A stretch of 64,000 nucleotides of DNA from Octopus sinensis. Taxonomy: Eukaryota. The stretch spans positions 81,468,001-81,532,000 of the forward strand of contig NC_042998.1 in the NCBI RefSeq assembly GCF_006345805.1, read 5' to 3'. A program made the translations under genes and the position numbers. Positions 12,915-26,244 of the stretch are shown here, piece after piece. Under the pieces are notes generated by a model that saw nothing but the letters and a program-made list of their open reading frames with translations, did not search any database and had not been told where the DNA came from. Numbering within the stretch: the stretch's first letter is position 1; each line of letters starts with the position of its first letter.

Positions 12915-13119
12915 TAATCACTCACAATATCACGGTTCACCTATCACGGTTTTAATTAAGCTTACGTCGATTCCTCTGTGGTGTTGTTTTGCAATTATAA
13001 TAAAATGAATATGTACAAATTATAAAAACAGTAAAAAAAATACAGTACAATATTGTTTTTACCTCGCAGATTTTCAACTATCGCGGAGGGGGGTTGGAAC
13101 GTAACACCCACGATAGTCG

Positions 13120-13126
<7 letters not shown>
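12915..13126 (+). mobile_element. Tigger/pogo-like MITE fragment; second copy at 23232-23439
   Basis: Shared text tcgattcctcygtggtgttgttttgca...ttggaacgtaaca; end resembles a gagggattactg|ta terminus. Confidence 0.6.
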
Positions 13127-13179
<53 letters not shown>

Positions 13180-13419
13180 ATGTATATATAGGAAAGGAAA
13201 AAAGTAATAATAACAAGGCAGAATGATAAACTGAAAGCAAATTTTAATAAATATGGGTGTAAGAAAGATTTAAAAGTATTTCAAAGCGGCTTTCATGATG
13301 AGAAAGAGTGAAAAATAATGTTTTTTCAAAAAAGTAATAATAAATATATACTACTACATCATAGTGTCTTTAAACTTTTAAAGTTCAATAGCATTCCATG
13401 GAAAAACTTGTTTGAAGGA

Positions 13420-13620
13420 TTAAAATGCATGTGTTTAAGTGTAGTGTTTTGTTCGGGAAGGTTGGATGCTTATATGTCAAACAGAAAATAGGGTAGCAGT
13501 TATCAAGTTCCTGTGGATAAAGGGAGACAATTCTGTGGGTTTTGTACTCTTTAATTGGAATGCTGGATTTTTTGTCAACGGGATGCTTATGTCTATTCTT
13601 AGAAATACAAATATATATGT
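13420..13620 (-). pseudogene. Highly degenerate PLE endonuclease fragment
   Basis: Across frames YICISKNR..LTK..FQLKS.KPTELSPFI, resembling YIG...FK.R...H..SF...TELSK.IW. Confidence 0.4.
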
Positions 13621-13796
13621 ATTGAATTAGGTACGCTATAAAAAGGAATACGGTCACCGTGGAGTTTGCATATTAAGAAGCGTTTGGAATTTTGCGATAA
13701 GAAGTTTCGGTTTAGCATTCTGCCTTATTATTAGTATTTTTTCCTTTCCTATCTTTTCTCCACGTACGGTTAACGCAACCCCTCCATTTACTGACT

Positions 13797-13861
<65 letters not shown>

Positions 13862-13883
13862 CTATCTATCTCTCTCTCTCTCA

Positions 13884-13921
<38 letters not shown>

Positions 13922-14033
13922 GGTACAAAAAATCAGGGTGAATATTGATAACTCTAAGCACCTGTATATGCCAGTTAGTGGTGTAGGTGATAGGGTATAT
14001 TTATCAAAAGAAAAAAAGGATTCAAAGGATTTA

Positions 14034-14120
14034 GCGGTATATATGTTTCTGGCTTTATTGGACAGTTTATATCAATGCATAATTGATGTTACATGTTTGT
14101 CAATAGCCTTCTTCAGGCGC
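14034..14120 (-). ncRNA. Hammerhead H4 (decayed twin of H5)
   Basis: CUGAAGA...GAAAC-AUAU-AUA; stem III G>A change and a stem I mismatch. Confidence 0.7.
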
Positions 14121-14286
14121 GCACAATTATCAACCAAAGACATGTATTACATTATAGCAGGTTTGAGAAGAAGTTTGGGAAAAAGACAAGTTACGTTGGG
14201 GATGCAAATCCTCATAGTCATATATAGCAATGCGAGACACCAAAACAAAACGTCCATATCATTTTTTCACTCGATATAGAATGTGC

Positions 14287-14373
14287 GCGGCTGAAGAAGG
14301 CTATTGACATACATGTTACATCAATTATGCATTGATATAAACTGTCCAATAAAGCCAGAAACATATGTACCGC
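14287..14373 (+). ncRNA. Type I hammerhead H5 with long stem II (site GUA)
   Basis: GCGG-CUGAAGA-A-GGCUAUUG...CAAUAAAGCC-A-GAAAC-AUAU-GUA-CCGC; palindromic stem III ACAUAUGU. Confidence 0.85.
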
Positions 14374-14439
14374 TAAATCCTTTGCATCCTGTTTTTCTTT
14401 TGATATATATATATATATAATATATATATATATATGACC

Positions 14440-14645
14440 TCGTGAGTACCGTTGGCGATTTTTTTCCTCTGTCTTCCCTTCTCAGGATCTTTCCTTCTCC
14501 TATGTTTCCGACGAAGAGCTCCGCTCGAAACGTTAAACCGTCCTTCTTCCCTTCTTTCCTGAGCGTCCAATAATACTATATTTGTTCCACGTCTTCGCGT
14601 TGTTGTGTTTTTTTTGTTCTTTTGTGTTTTCTTGTTTGGATTAAC
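14440..14645 (+). repeat. Short pLTR-like repeat (same family as 61570-61790; related to the PLE 5' region) containing HHR H6 at 14504-14538
   Basis: GUUU-CCGACGA-A-GAGC(UCC)GCUC-GAAAC-GUU-AAAC; downstream ttcctgagcg...taata...ccac shared with the PLE at 3800-3830. Confidence 0.8.
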
Positions 14646-15171
14646 TTCATTTGGTCACATTCCATAGAGAGTGTCTTGCTCAGATTATGAACATTTCAGC
14701 TGACCCTCATAATAATAAAAATTATTATTATACCTGCATTTGTCTTAATGTTAACATTGGAAAAATCCACATTTTTCATAAAAGAAGGACCTGGGTTTGC
14801 ACCTCCTTAGCAAATTTTGTTGCTGAGCCACTGATTGAGAGTGCAAAAGATCCTTACAATTTCACGCCTTTCACATTGCTATTGTTCGCGTTTGGTGGCG
14901 CCAGTAGTGAAAGCCACTGGGAGTACCCAAAGAACATACAGGACAAAACGAACACGAACACGACAAAATAATTTTAAATATACAAGGAAAAAAGTGCGTG
15001 CGACAGCAGGATAGGTGCATATGGTGTTATGCAAAGGAAAGGGGGAAGAGACAGAAAGGAAGTCAGAACAAAGGAAGAATTAAACAGAGTGTGGTTGTGT
15101 CTCTGTCTGTCTCTCTGTCTGTATTCTTCGTCTCTCTCTCTCTCTCTCTCTATGTATATTATATATCTCTC

Positions 15172-16606
15172 TCTGACTTCACACATCAGCAAAGTCATGG
15201 AAAGGATAGTCAGAAAGAAACTAATCGCATTCCTTGAGGAAAATAACTTGCTGAGTAATACTCAGCATGGTTTTCGACCAGGCAGGAGCTGCCTGACCCA
15301 GCTCTTACAGCATTATGACTGGGTGTTGAAGCAGTTACTCAACAAATCAAATGTGAACGTAATCTACCTTGATTTTGCAAAAGCTTTTGACAAGGTGGAT
15401 CATGGTATGATATGCCACAAACTACGTGACCTCGGCATAGCTGGAAAACTTGGAGTGTGTTTGCATGACTTCCTGAATGATAGGAGTCAGGCAGTAGTGG
15501 TTAATGGAGCCACCTCTATGAACACACAAATAGTGAGCGGTGTTCCACGGGGCACTGTCTTGGGACCACTGCTCTTTATAGTGGCCCTCTCAGATATGCC
15601 TCAAATGCCCGGATAGCCACTCTGGCCAGCTATGCAGACGATACGAAAGTCTCGCAAAAAATACAGAACCCCAGCGATGTTGCACACCTGCAGCAGGAGT
15701 TGGACTCAATCTACAGATGGGCTGAGGATAATAATATGCAGTTTAATGCTGAAAAATTCCAGGCCCTGCGCTACCAGCATCCAAAACTAAATATTAAACT
15801 TTCAGGATACACCGGTCCACAGGGAATTTCAATCCCAGAGCCTAAGTCTGTGTGGGACTTGGGTATCGACATGAGTGATGATACCTCTTTCCAAGTGCAC
15901 ATTACCAGGATGGTGACAAAGTGCAGACGACTGGCTGGGTGGATCCTAAGAACATTCAGAACCAGAGATAAGGAAACCATGATGGTCCTCTGGCGGATAT
16001 TCATCCTCAGTCGCTTGGATTACTGCTCACAGCTATGGTCACCCACCAGTGTAAAATTAACAGCGGACCTTGAAGCAATCCAGAGAAGATTCACAAAGAA
16101 GATCGTCTCTTTGCAACAGCTCAGCTACTGGGAAAGGTTGAAACAGCTAAGACTCTACTACCTGGAGAGAAGACGGGAGAGGTATGCAGTAATATATGTC
16201 TGGAAGATCCTGGAAGGAATTGTGCCAAATTTTGGCATTGTAAGCTACACCAATGCTAGAACGGGACGATACTGCATAGTGCCAAAGATCCCAGCAATAC
16301 CATCACGCTTCAGGACCAGCTTCTGCAACAGCCTGGGTTTCAAGGGCCCACAGTTTTTTTAATATTCTTCCAAAAAGTCTGAGGAACTTGCACAAAGTAG
16401 ATGTAGCGGTTTTTAAATCAAAGCTGGACATCTTCCTGTCAAGAGTCCCAGATGAACCTACCTCACGGCAAGAGGTGCAAATGAGAGTAGCTATATCAAA
16501 CTCCATTCTTCACCAAGTGCCACATATTAGACGAGGTTCGTCGTAATAACAGTGTAGCACAAAACGGCGGTGCATCAGCATGGCCGCAGCTCTGAGCTGA
16601 AACTAG
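15172..16606 (+). mobile_element. 5'-truncated CR1/L2-group LINE (RT and C-terminus), two frameshifts
   Basis: SLTSHISKVMER..QHGFRPGRSC..YLDFAKAFDKVDH..SGVPRGTVLGPLLF..YADD (15631-15642)..LDYCSQLWSP..RRRERY..FLSRVPDEP; tail ggtgcatcagcatggccgcagctctgagctgaaac. Confidence 0.93.
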
Positions 16607-16648
16607 AAAAAAAATATATATATATACTTGCAGTATATATATATATAA

Positions 16649-16695
<47 letters not shown>

Positions 16696-17800
16696 ATATA
16701 TATATATATTTGCCCGGGATAAAGTTAGGATTAATAAGCTAATGAAGTTCTATATTTCAAACCAAAATAAGTAACATCGACGTCAAATTTGGGCGAAATC
16801 CGTTGAAATTGATATATATATATATATACATATATATATGGGCAACGCACGCACAAACACACACGTACGTAGGTACACCTACTGCATACATGTTTTTCTA
16901 AAAAAATCATGTTCATGTGTGTGTGTGTGTGTGCGCACGTGCACGTGTGTGTGTGTGTGCGTGTGTGAACGTGCACGTGTGTGTGTGTGTGCGCGTGTGA
17001 ACGTGCACGTGTGTGTGTGTGTGTCTGTGTGTGTTGCCCGTATATCAACAAAACACTTGTTTCCTCGATGGAAAAAAAACAACAAAAGTTTTAACGAAAA
17101 CCTTACTCGTCGCTAGAAGGGGACTTAACCCCTGTTTCCAAAGAATGGTGATTTCTCCGACTTGAAAATTGTTAAAAGGTTTGGTTGATAATTTATTTTT
17201 ACTGCTACTCGCTGGTGCCCCTGGGAAAAATGAGTTGACGAAAACACAGTTAGGGTCATAACAAATGTTCTCCTATAATAGGAGCGATATGCGTGCTAAA
17301 TTGTAGACGTGTATAAATTACATTCACGTACACACACACACACACATCCTGCTTTTTATATATGCAGATACACACCCACACCCACACATATATATGCATA
17401 TATATTTGCATATATATATATATACTCTTATGCGGACATACATATGGCATTCTGTTCTTATGTGTATGCGTGTTCACTTTGCATGTACGTGTTGTTGCGT
17501 GTCAGTGAGCAAGTTTGTACTTGTATATTTTTGTCTCTCATAAAAATTACTAATAAATAAAATGCATCTTCAGTCCGATGTCCGGTTTTCTTGAAATATA
17601 TAAAAATCACGAACATTACAACATATTTGTGTTAGTCTGCTCATACACACACACACACACACAATTATACACCAACGTTCATGCAAACACACTTATTCAC
17701 GCATATATGCAAATATGTCTCTCTATATATATGCATATATATATATGTATATATACTTTTATATATGATGTATGTATTATATAATATATATATAATATAA

Positions 17801-17845
<45 letters not shown>

Positions 17846-17954
17846 ACCGGAGTAAACACATAAATGTGAAACAAGGTGAAAAAAGGTGGAAAAAGAGTAC
17901 TGAAATACCAGTGGTAGAGTAATATGCTTTATTTAAAGCAGCAGAAAATTCAAC

Positions 17955-18001
17955 AAAACCTGTTACTCTGAGTTTCGCGTTGCCGTTCATCGGACAGTTT
18001 T
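17955..18001 (-). ncRNA. Minimal hammerhead H7 (core CCGAUGA, site GUA)
   Basis: CUGU-CCGAUGA-A-CG(GCAA)CG-C-GAAAC-UCAGA-GUA-ACAG; GNRA loop on stem II. Confidence 0.7.
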
Positions 18002-18299
18002 TGCTAGAATAGAACCGATATGTCAATTCTATCCAGACTAGTATAAACGCTATACCTTTAAAAATGAACTTGTTTGATTGGTCCTTTACAAATAACGGTC
18101 AATTTTCGAGCGATAAACAAAAATGAGTTTAAAATATATATACATATATATATATATAAATTATAAAATTCGAGGAAAAACGTTACATTGAATAAAATAC
18201 TTCCGAATTCTTACAGACGAGTTAGGGCACGCACCATCTCCCAATCAGCCACGAATATTTCTCCAGCGTTCGCTATTTTACCTTCATCTGGTCTAACGA

Positions 18300-18545
18300 C
18301 GCTCTATGGTTGTTTTCTCCTCTGTGCTGTTTTTGTTGCCAACTTTGATCCGCCGCAAATCCAAACATTTTATTTTTGGTTTGCGGGAGCTACTGCTCTC
18401 CGAAGACTCATATTGTTGTTCTATGATTGAAATAAGTAGATGGACAGCCGACAACTGATGAAGGGTGGTTCTTTATGTATTCAACACTTTTATCTTCGTA
18501 TTTCACGTTGTTTACGGTTTGTGACGTCCTGTACCCATATATATG
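18300..18545 (+). repeat. pLTR-like repeat with a degenerate HHR-like motif H8 (18393-18447)
   Basis: CCGAAGA-CUCAUA(UUGUUGUUC)UAUGAU-U-GAAAU-AA-GUA; stem I weak. Confidence 0.45.
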
Positions 18546-18646
18546 TGTGTGTGTGTATGTGTACATATACATATATATATGCATATATATATATATATAT
18601 ATATTATTAATATTAGATTATATATATGTTTATATATAAATATGTA

Positions 18647-18693
<47 letters not shown>

Positions 18694-18754
18694 ATATCTA
18701 TCTATCTATCTATATATATATCTTTCTATCTATCTATCTATCTATCTATATATA

Positions 18755-18796
<42 letters not shown>

Positions 18797-18798
<2 letters not shown>

Positions 18799-18935
18799 CT
18801 TTTATTGCCCACAAGGGCTAAACATAGAGGGGACAAACAAGGACAGGCAAAGGGATAAGTCAATTACATCGACTCCAGTGCGTAACTGGTACTTATTTAA
18901 TCGACCCCGAAAATATGAAAGGCAAAGACGACCTC
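18797..18935 (-). mobile_element. SINE family A, 3' half
   Basis: Reverse complement of ggggtcga.taaataagtaccagttacgcactgg..tgcctgtccttgtttgtcccctct..gcccttgtgggcaataaa. Confidence 0.85.
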
Positions 18936-18943
18936 GGTGTCTC

Positions 18944-18977
<34 letters not shown>

Positions 18978-19626
18978 TGTATGTATGTATGTAGGTATGT
19001 ATGTATGTCTATATGTATGTATGTATGTATGTATGCATGCATGTATGTATGTGCGTATATGTATATATATATATATTTAGTGAGATAGAGTGCGTGTGTG
19101 TGCGAGAGTGTGAGAGTACAAGTAATTGGACTTAAATGTCATCTTTATACATATATACGCTTATATCCATATATATAGCGTATACACGCGCAGGAATAAC
19201 AATACATAATACATATATATTTAGTTACTTGTACTTGTGTGTTTGCGTCGGTGTGTAGGTCAATGTTTTCTTTTGTCTGCATAGTAGTGTTAATTCCTGA
19301 AATATATATTCATATCTATGATTTAAGATTTGAATCCCACCTGAGAAAGTTCGCATAAATCTCTCCTCGAACGTTTCTTTCTAACTGCCAACTCTCATGC
19401 GACAACAAACGTGGCATACATACATATATATATGTATGTATATGTATGTATATGTATGTATGTCCATATACATAGCCTCCATATATGGCTCTATTGTCTA
19501 CTCATACACGATATAGTGCTTCCTTTTACGCACTCGTTGTCGAACACACAGGCGTTATGCATACATACATAATACATACATACACAAATGTATATATGTA
19601 TATATATTATATATATTAATATATAT

Positions 19627-19664
<38 letters not shown>

Positions 19665-19904
19665 TGATTGATTGATTGATTGAGAGGCAAAATTTTTTGA
19701 AATGAATAAGCAAATCTATGAATGTAATAATAATAGCACAGAATAATTTGGAGATGAACAATGCAATGTAGAAATCAAGAAATGATTATTTTGCCGATAA
19801 CGATTGGTCATCGAATAATAATGAAACATGTTATACTTAGTTATGTGAATCTATATTTATATATACAACGTTCTGTCTTACTGTGTATACTCACACACAG
19901 TATT

Positions 19905-19935
<31 letters not shown>

Positions 19936-20545
19936 ATATATATATATATACATATACATCTGCATACATGTAGATGGTCATCCGCTAGGTTCGCAGTTCA
20001 CAGCTGAGGCTAGAGCTGGGGATCCGTATTAAGTTTCCGTGTTTGCAGGTACATATTATATTAGGGGACAACAACTAAGGTAGGACGAGTATCTGAAGTT
20101 ATATAGAATAATTTAATAAGGGTAAATTTGAAGTCTTAAATCTGTTTCTAGAACATTCCAAGTGATAGGCTAGCATGTTCATACCCTTGGTATCCCGTCA
20201 TCAGAGACAAGGTGAGTATGTATGAAAGTTGTAGACAGAGAAATTCACAGTTTGTAAGGAATAAAATAGAATAATAAAGAGTAAAGTAGATAAAAGAATG
20301 CAGACAGGAGAATAAAATCACAGTTCGTCTTTTTCCTGAGGGTATGGAGGTTGGTTCGTACTTCTGTGAAGGTATAGGCACGGAGGTATAATCCCAGAAA
20401 AATCCAGGCAGTATTTGCGCAGTATTTTGAATGATACATTGATATTGAAGTGATTAGCTAGTATGTAAATGGTCCACATGGGTATATAGAGTCTTTCTCA
20501 GTCTATATTTCATGTCACCTTCCTTGTATGTAGCTGTGGTACTAA

Positions 20546-20784
20546 GGCGGCGAGCTGGTCCAAGGCGGCGAGCTGGCAGAAACGTTAGCACGTCGGGTGA
20601 AATGCTTAGCGGTATTTCGGCTGCCGTTACGTTGTGAGTTCAAATTCCGCCGAGGTCGACTTTGCCTTTCATCAGGGTCGATAAATTAAGTACCAGTTAC
20701 GCACTGGGGTCGATGTAATCGACTTAATACCTATGTCTGTCCTTGTTTGTCCCCTCTACGTTTAGCCCCTTGTGGGTAATAAAT
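20546..20784 (+). mobile_element. tRNA-derived SINE family A, full length, with duplicated first 15 nt
   Basis: ggcggcgagctggcagaaacgttagc (A box), gagttcaaattcc (B box), gtcgactttgcctttcatc central domain, tail tgtctgtccttgtttgtcccctct. Confidence 0.9.
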
Positions 20785-21761
20785 ATATAGGTACTATAGA
20801 GAGCCGAGGTGTGATAGAATGAGCGTAGGGGAGTGGAAATAAGTTGGGTAGGTAAGGGGGGAAGCAGGCTGGGGGAGGGAGGATACTAAAGGGTGTAATG
20901 GTGGAAATGTGAGGAGAGAGACAGGAAAGTTGAGGCAGAGAAGGGGGCAGAGAGGAGATTGAGAGGGAGACAGAGATGAGGAAGGGTAGGTATGCAGGGG
21001 AGAAGATGGGCAGGTAACGGTGGGGGATTGGGTTGTTGGTGTGGGTGGATGGAGATAGGGAAGGGGGAGAGGAGTTAGTGGGAGTGAGAGAGAGGAAGAG
21101 AGAGACTGTATACATATTTATTCTAGCACAGAGAAAGAGCGAAAAGATCGAGAGGGAAAAAGGATATATATCTGGAGAATGTGTGTGTGCGTGAAGGAGA
21201 GAGAGAGAGAGAGAGGGAGAGAGAGAGAGGGAGAGAGAGGGAGAGAGAGAAAGGGAGGGAGAGAGAGGGAGGGGAGACTACTACATACATTTATTCTAGT
21301 ACGGAGGGAGAGAGGAGGATGTTTCGCTTGGGTGTGAGTGAGAAAGGAAAACTTTGTTAATAAGAGCAAAGTGATGGCGAGAAAAAAGAGTGAGAGAATA
21401 AAAGGATATATATTTGGAGAAAGTGAGAGAGGGAGACTAGATACACATTGACTCTAGTATAAAGAGAGAGAGGGGGTATGTATGGCTAGTGTGTGAGTAA
21501 GAAAAGTAAATATATTTGTAATTAAGAATAAAATGATGGAGAGAAAAGAAAGGAAGTTACATGATATATATGTATATATATATGTGTTCTATCACAACGC
21601 TTTCCTATTTGGAAGCCTCATATACCAACCTGGTTTGTTCTTGTTTTGTAAGCTTCTGAAAGGAAGGTGAATTATTCGAATAGAAAAACGTCTGCCTAAC
21701 TTATAACCGAAATAAATGAACAGATTAACAGAAATAGAAAACCAGTATTTATCAGACCGTG

Positions 21762-22055
<294 letters not shown>

Positions 22056-22084
22056 CAGAGTATGTGTTAGGTGTGTGGTACAAA

Positions 22085-22278
22085 AATTTGAATATTCTTA
22101 TTTACTCTAGGTACAAGGCTCAAAGTTTGGGAGAAGAGGCCAGTCGACAAGATCGACCCCAGAATGCAACTGGTACTTAATTTATCGACCGGCGGATCTT
22201 GAACTTAGATCGTAAAGATAGACGAAATGCCGCTAAGCATTTCGCCCAGTATTCTAACGTTTCTGCCAGCTCGCCGCC
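22085..22278 (-). mobile_element. SINE family A with alternative tail (ccttgtrcctagagtaraaaagaat)
   Basis: Head gcggcgagctggcagaaacg on minus strand; a degenerate sibling lies at 22605-22800. Confidence 0.85.
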
Positions 22279-22874
22279 TTCAGAAATTTGAATATTGAGA
22301 AAAAAGTCAGAATTTTAGAAAAAATTATTTTTATTTCTTCATTATTATTAGAGTTTCTCGAATTTGTCAAATAAAATTTTGTGAATGTAAAAACAGCTTG
22401 TTCATTTATATATACATACATATATATATGTATGTATTAATGTATGTATATATATATATATGTGTGTGTGTGTCTGTGTCTGTGTGAGTGTACGTGAACG
22501 TATAAATCAGTGTACTCGATATTTCAGAAATTTTTTAGAGATGGTAGTAGGGTTGAAAACGCTAATGTGTATTGGTAACTAATAACTGTTTTAAATATAG
22601 GCACAAATATTGCAGTCTGAAGGGAGTGTAGCGTAGTCGATTACCTCGACTCCAGTACATGACTGGTACTTTTTTTATCGAACCTAAAAGGATAAAGGCA
22701 AAGTTGATCTCAGCCGGATCTAAAGTCAAAACGTTAACTTATGAAAACAATGTCGTAAAGCGTATTTTCTGGTCCGCACAATTCTGCTACATCATCGCCT
22801 TTATATGATGAATAATAATTTTTAAAAATTACTTCTGCTAATTGTGGCAACTTTCTTTCGTTAACGTGTCTCTA

Positions 22875-23220
22875 TGGTAAGTAACTTGCGTGGCACCCTG
22901 GGCAGGTATCTTCTACTATAGCCTCGGGCCGACTAAAGCCTTGTGAGTGGATTTAGTAGACGGAAACGGAAAGAAGCCCGTCGTATATATGTATATGTGT
23001 GTGTGTGGGGGTATATCTTTGTGTGTCTGTGTTTGTCCCTCTAGCATTGCTTAACAACCAATGCTGGTGTGTTTACGTCCCCGTCACCTAGCGATTCGCC
23101 AAAAGAGACCGATAAAATAAGTACTAGGCTTAGAAAGAATAATTCCTGGGGCCGATTTGTGGGACTAAAAGTGGTGCTCCAGTATGGCCGCAGTCAAACT
23201 ACTGAAACAAGTAAAGGAAT
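22875..23220 (+). mobile_element. SINE family B (tRNA head + CORE-like domain + LINE-type tail), head partly deleted
   Basis: gtggcaccctgggcagg (CORE-like), gtggatttagtagacggaaac, tail ggtgctccagtatggccgcagtcaaactactgaaac. Confidence 0.88.
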
Positions 23221-23535
23221 ATATAGGGTGATCGCTCGTCATATCGCTCTTCACTTATCGCGGTTTTTTATTTAAGCTTAATCGATTCCTCCGTGGTGTT
23301 GTTTTGCATTTACATTAAAATCAATAAATACAAATTATAAAAATGTTAAAAATATATATACAGTACAATACTGTTTCTACTTCACCTATCGCAGGGGGTT
23401 TTGGAACGTAACATCGGCGATAGTTGGGGATTACTGTATATTAGTGTATATTAGTAAGTATTATTATATGTAATAACATTTAGTTTAGCTTTATGTACAC
23501 ACACACGCGCACACACACACACTCACACACACACA

Positions 23536-23573
<38 letters not shown>

Positions 23574-23644
23574 CACACACACACATACACACACACACAC
23601 ACACGCACAGATTGATAGATAAATATAAAGATAGATAGATCACT

Positions 23645-24145
23645 GTACCGAACAGGCAATCGGATGCCATTCTTTCCCCTCTTGGTCTAAATCGTGTAAC
23701 TAAATCGTCTGTTTTTCGTTTTAAAGGCCTTGGAAGTGGCCTTCTTCGATCTCTTGGATACAAATTGGCAGCTGCACGGATCCATCTGTTGTCTGTGAAC
23801 CTTTTGACATGGCCGAACCGACGGCACTTTTACTTTCGGTATTCTGCAGTCGCATCGTTCGCTCCGCCCTATTTTCGAAGACTCTAATTTCATATCTGCT
23901 CTCGTAGTCATATTCCTTGCATCATAGCCCGTTACATCATGGCCAATCAATGTTCTTCCTTTTAAAATTTGTCTACATTTCACTCGTGAATAAAATCGCA
24001 TGTAGTTCGGTGCTATTCATGAGCCTAACACATATGGTCTTGTTCATCTTTGCTATGGTCATTAACTTAAACGCCTCCAATTTTGCTCTTATTCTTTACG
24101 CGATTTCAGCATTCGTGTCTCGGCGCATGTTAGTCCCGTGTTAGC
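23645..24145 (-). pseudogene. RTE-clade LINE 3' fragment, degenerate
   Basis: EIA*RIRAKLEAF...LMNSTELHAILF...RFGHVKRFTDNRWIRAAANLYPRDRRRPLPRP..TDDL. Confidence 0.8.
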
Positions 24146-24703
24146 ATGTAATACATTAGTGTCATGATAAGGACCCAGTCTATTAATGATTGTCTTTTAA
24201 TTCAAGTATATTCGGATCTCGAAAGTCTTGTGTTTCATATAGTTAATTATTTTAGCATCTGTATATATGGTTTTATATTTTCAGTATGCTCAGCAGTTTA
24301 ACTGCACACACATTTGGTTTACGTCTATCTCAGTTAATTACGATTCTTGGCATCAACATTCGTGTCACATAGAGCATTGCATAGATTGCAAAATTTAATT
24401 GAATATTTTCCTTTTCTAATTAAGTAGATCACGATTAATTTATTTTCCATTATCCTACTAAACGCACAGTGAACAGATATATATATATATATATGTTACA
24501 CCTGTAATAGATCATATCGTTTCTTTCGTTGCATTTATTTTTTTCATTTCATAGATAACACATGTATACTGCCGCTATGAGTTAGATATACTTAATGATA
24601 ATAAATCTTTACAAACAATGATGATTACTTACGAAGCACCTGAAACATTGTGATCATAATATCTGCATTTTCTGATATATGAATTAATTATACTGCAGAA
24701 TTT

Positions 24704-24881
24704 GTGTGGCTGTGTGGTGAGAAGCTTGTTTCCCAAACACATGGTTCGGTGTTCAGTCCCACTGCGTGGTCATTTTGTGCAAGTGTGTTCTACTGTAGCC
24801 TCGGGCCGCCCAAAGACTTGTAAGTGGATTTGGTAGACAGAAGCTAAACGAAGCCCATCCCCTCACATATATATAATATAT

Positions 24882-24951
<70 letters not shown>

Positions 24952-25045
24952 GCGCGTGTGTGTGTATTTGTGTGTCTGTCCTTGTCTCTCAAGCATCGCT
25001 TGAAAACTGATGTTGGTATGTTTACGTCCTCGTAAATTAGTGGTA
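24704..25045 (+). mobile_element. SINE family B, 3' truncated
   Basis: tggctgtgtggt A box, gttcagtccc B box, CORE-like domain, internal (TA)n. Confidence 0.88.
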
Positions 25046-25834
25046 TTTGTCCCTTGCAACTTTCTAGTTCAGTGGTTCATTAGGCTGAACGTTGTTGTCT
25101 TATTAATTTAAGTTTGTCGGCGTTGATTCTGTTCTTATTACTGAACACTCATACGTTGTTTTAGATGGGAGCCCCATCATATATAAATGATCGGGTTCCC
25201 AAATACACTGGACACACTCACAATGTATCGATCAGCCTGGGACTAGAGTAGAGTACACTTGCCCAATGTGCCACCAATTGGGACTGAATCCTTAACCCCA
25301 GAATCATTGACTCCTATTTTTTCAACTTTCCAATCCTCTGATGTGTTATAAACTTCAAATCTACCTCTAGTGTACGTTATTGACCAAAATACTATGCTTA
25401 TCTTACACAGTCCAACGCAATTGACTTACCCTTTCATACATAAGTGTCTTCATGTAGCCGAGGCTCTCCAAGACTAGATCTATAAACAGCCATTTCGAAC
25501 ACGTCTCACTACCACGACTACGGATATGTTTCTGAAGTCAAATCAGCATTAAAGCGTAATATCATTTTCTGTTCTTTTTTTAATTTTTATTTTATCAATC
25601 AGCTTGTGAAATATTCTTTTTTATATTTCTTTGACCACGAGTTGGTTCATTCTTTTTATGGCTCGGCTCTGACTAATTGGTTTATGATATTTCGTTTTAT
25701 AACTTATCTAAGGGTTGGGTCCGGACGTTGCTTCGTCAGTCTATGGTTTGCCTTGTTTTATTCTGGTTTCTTGATTTTATTTTAAAATACAATTCTTGAA
25801 GGCAGTTCTTTCATCCATATTCTTTTATTCGTTT

Positions 25835-26070
25835 ATTTGTTTCAGTCATGTCACTGCGGCCGTACTGGAGCACAACCTTTAGTCGAGTAAATCGACTCCA
25901 AAACTTATTCTTTGTAAGCCTAGTACTTATTACTTCGGTCTCTTTTGCCGAACTGCTACTTTACGGGGACGTAAACACACTAGCATCGGTTGTCAAGCGA
26001 AGTTGTGGGTACAAACACAGACACACAAACATACACACACACACTCACACACACACACACACACACACAC

Positions 26071-26108
<38 letters not shown>

Positions 26109-26244
26109 CGACAGGCTTCTTTCAGTTTCCGTCTACCAAATCCACTCACAAGGATTTGGTCGGCATAAGGCTATAGTAGAAGAAACTTGCCCAAAGTGCC
26201 ACACAGTGGGACTGAACCCGGAACCATGTAGTTGGTAAGCAAGC
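25835..26244 (-). mobile_element. SINE family B, body and tail; its first ~40 nt are displaced to 30765-30805 by the Tx1 insertion
   Basis: Ends at ggaaccatgtagttggtaagcaagc; continuation ttgggtaagcaaactacttaccacacagtcactcgtgcgcc at 30765. Confidence 0.9.

Larger units (their letters stand above)
14002..14405. repeat. Inverted repeat (124-bp arms 14002-14125 and 14282-14405), each arm carrying an HHR; PLE-type inverted pLTR
   Basis: Arms are about 93% identical reverse complements by eye; 155-bp spacer. Confidence 0.9.

Noticed and set aside
20165-20210. Minus-strand CUGAUGA-CGGGAUACC(AAG)GGUAU-GAAC
   Set aside because: Stem II closure and one A of GAAA are missing; at best a dead HHR, so not counted.
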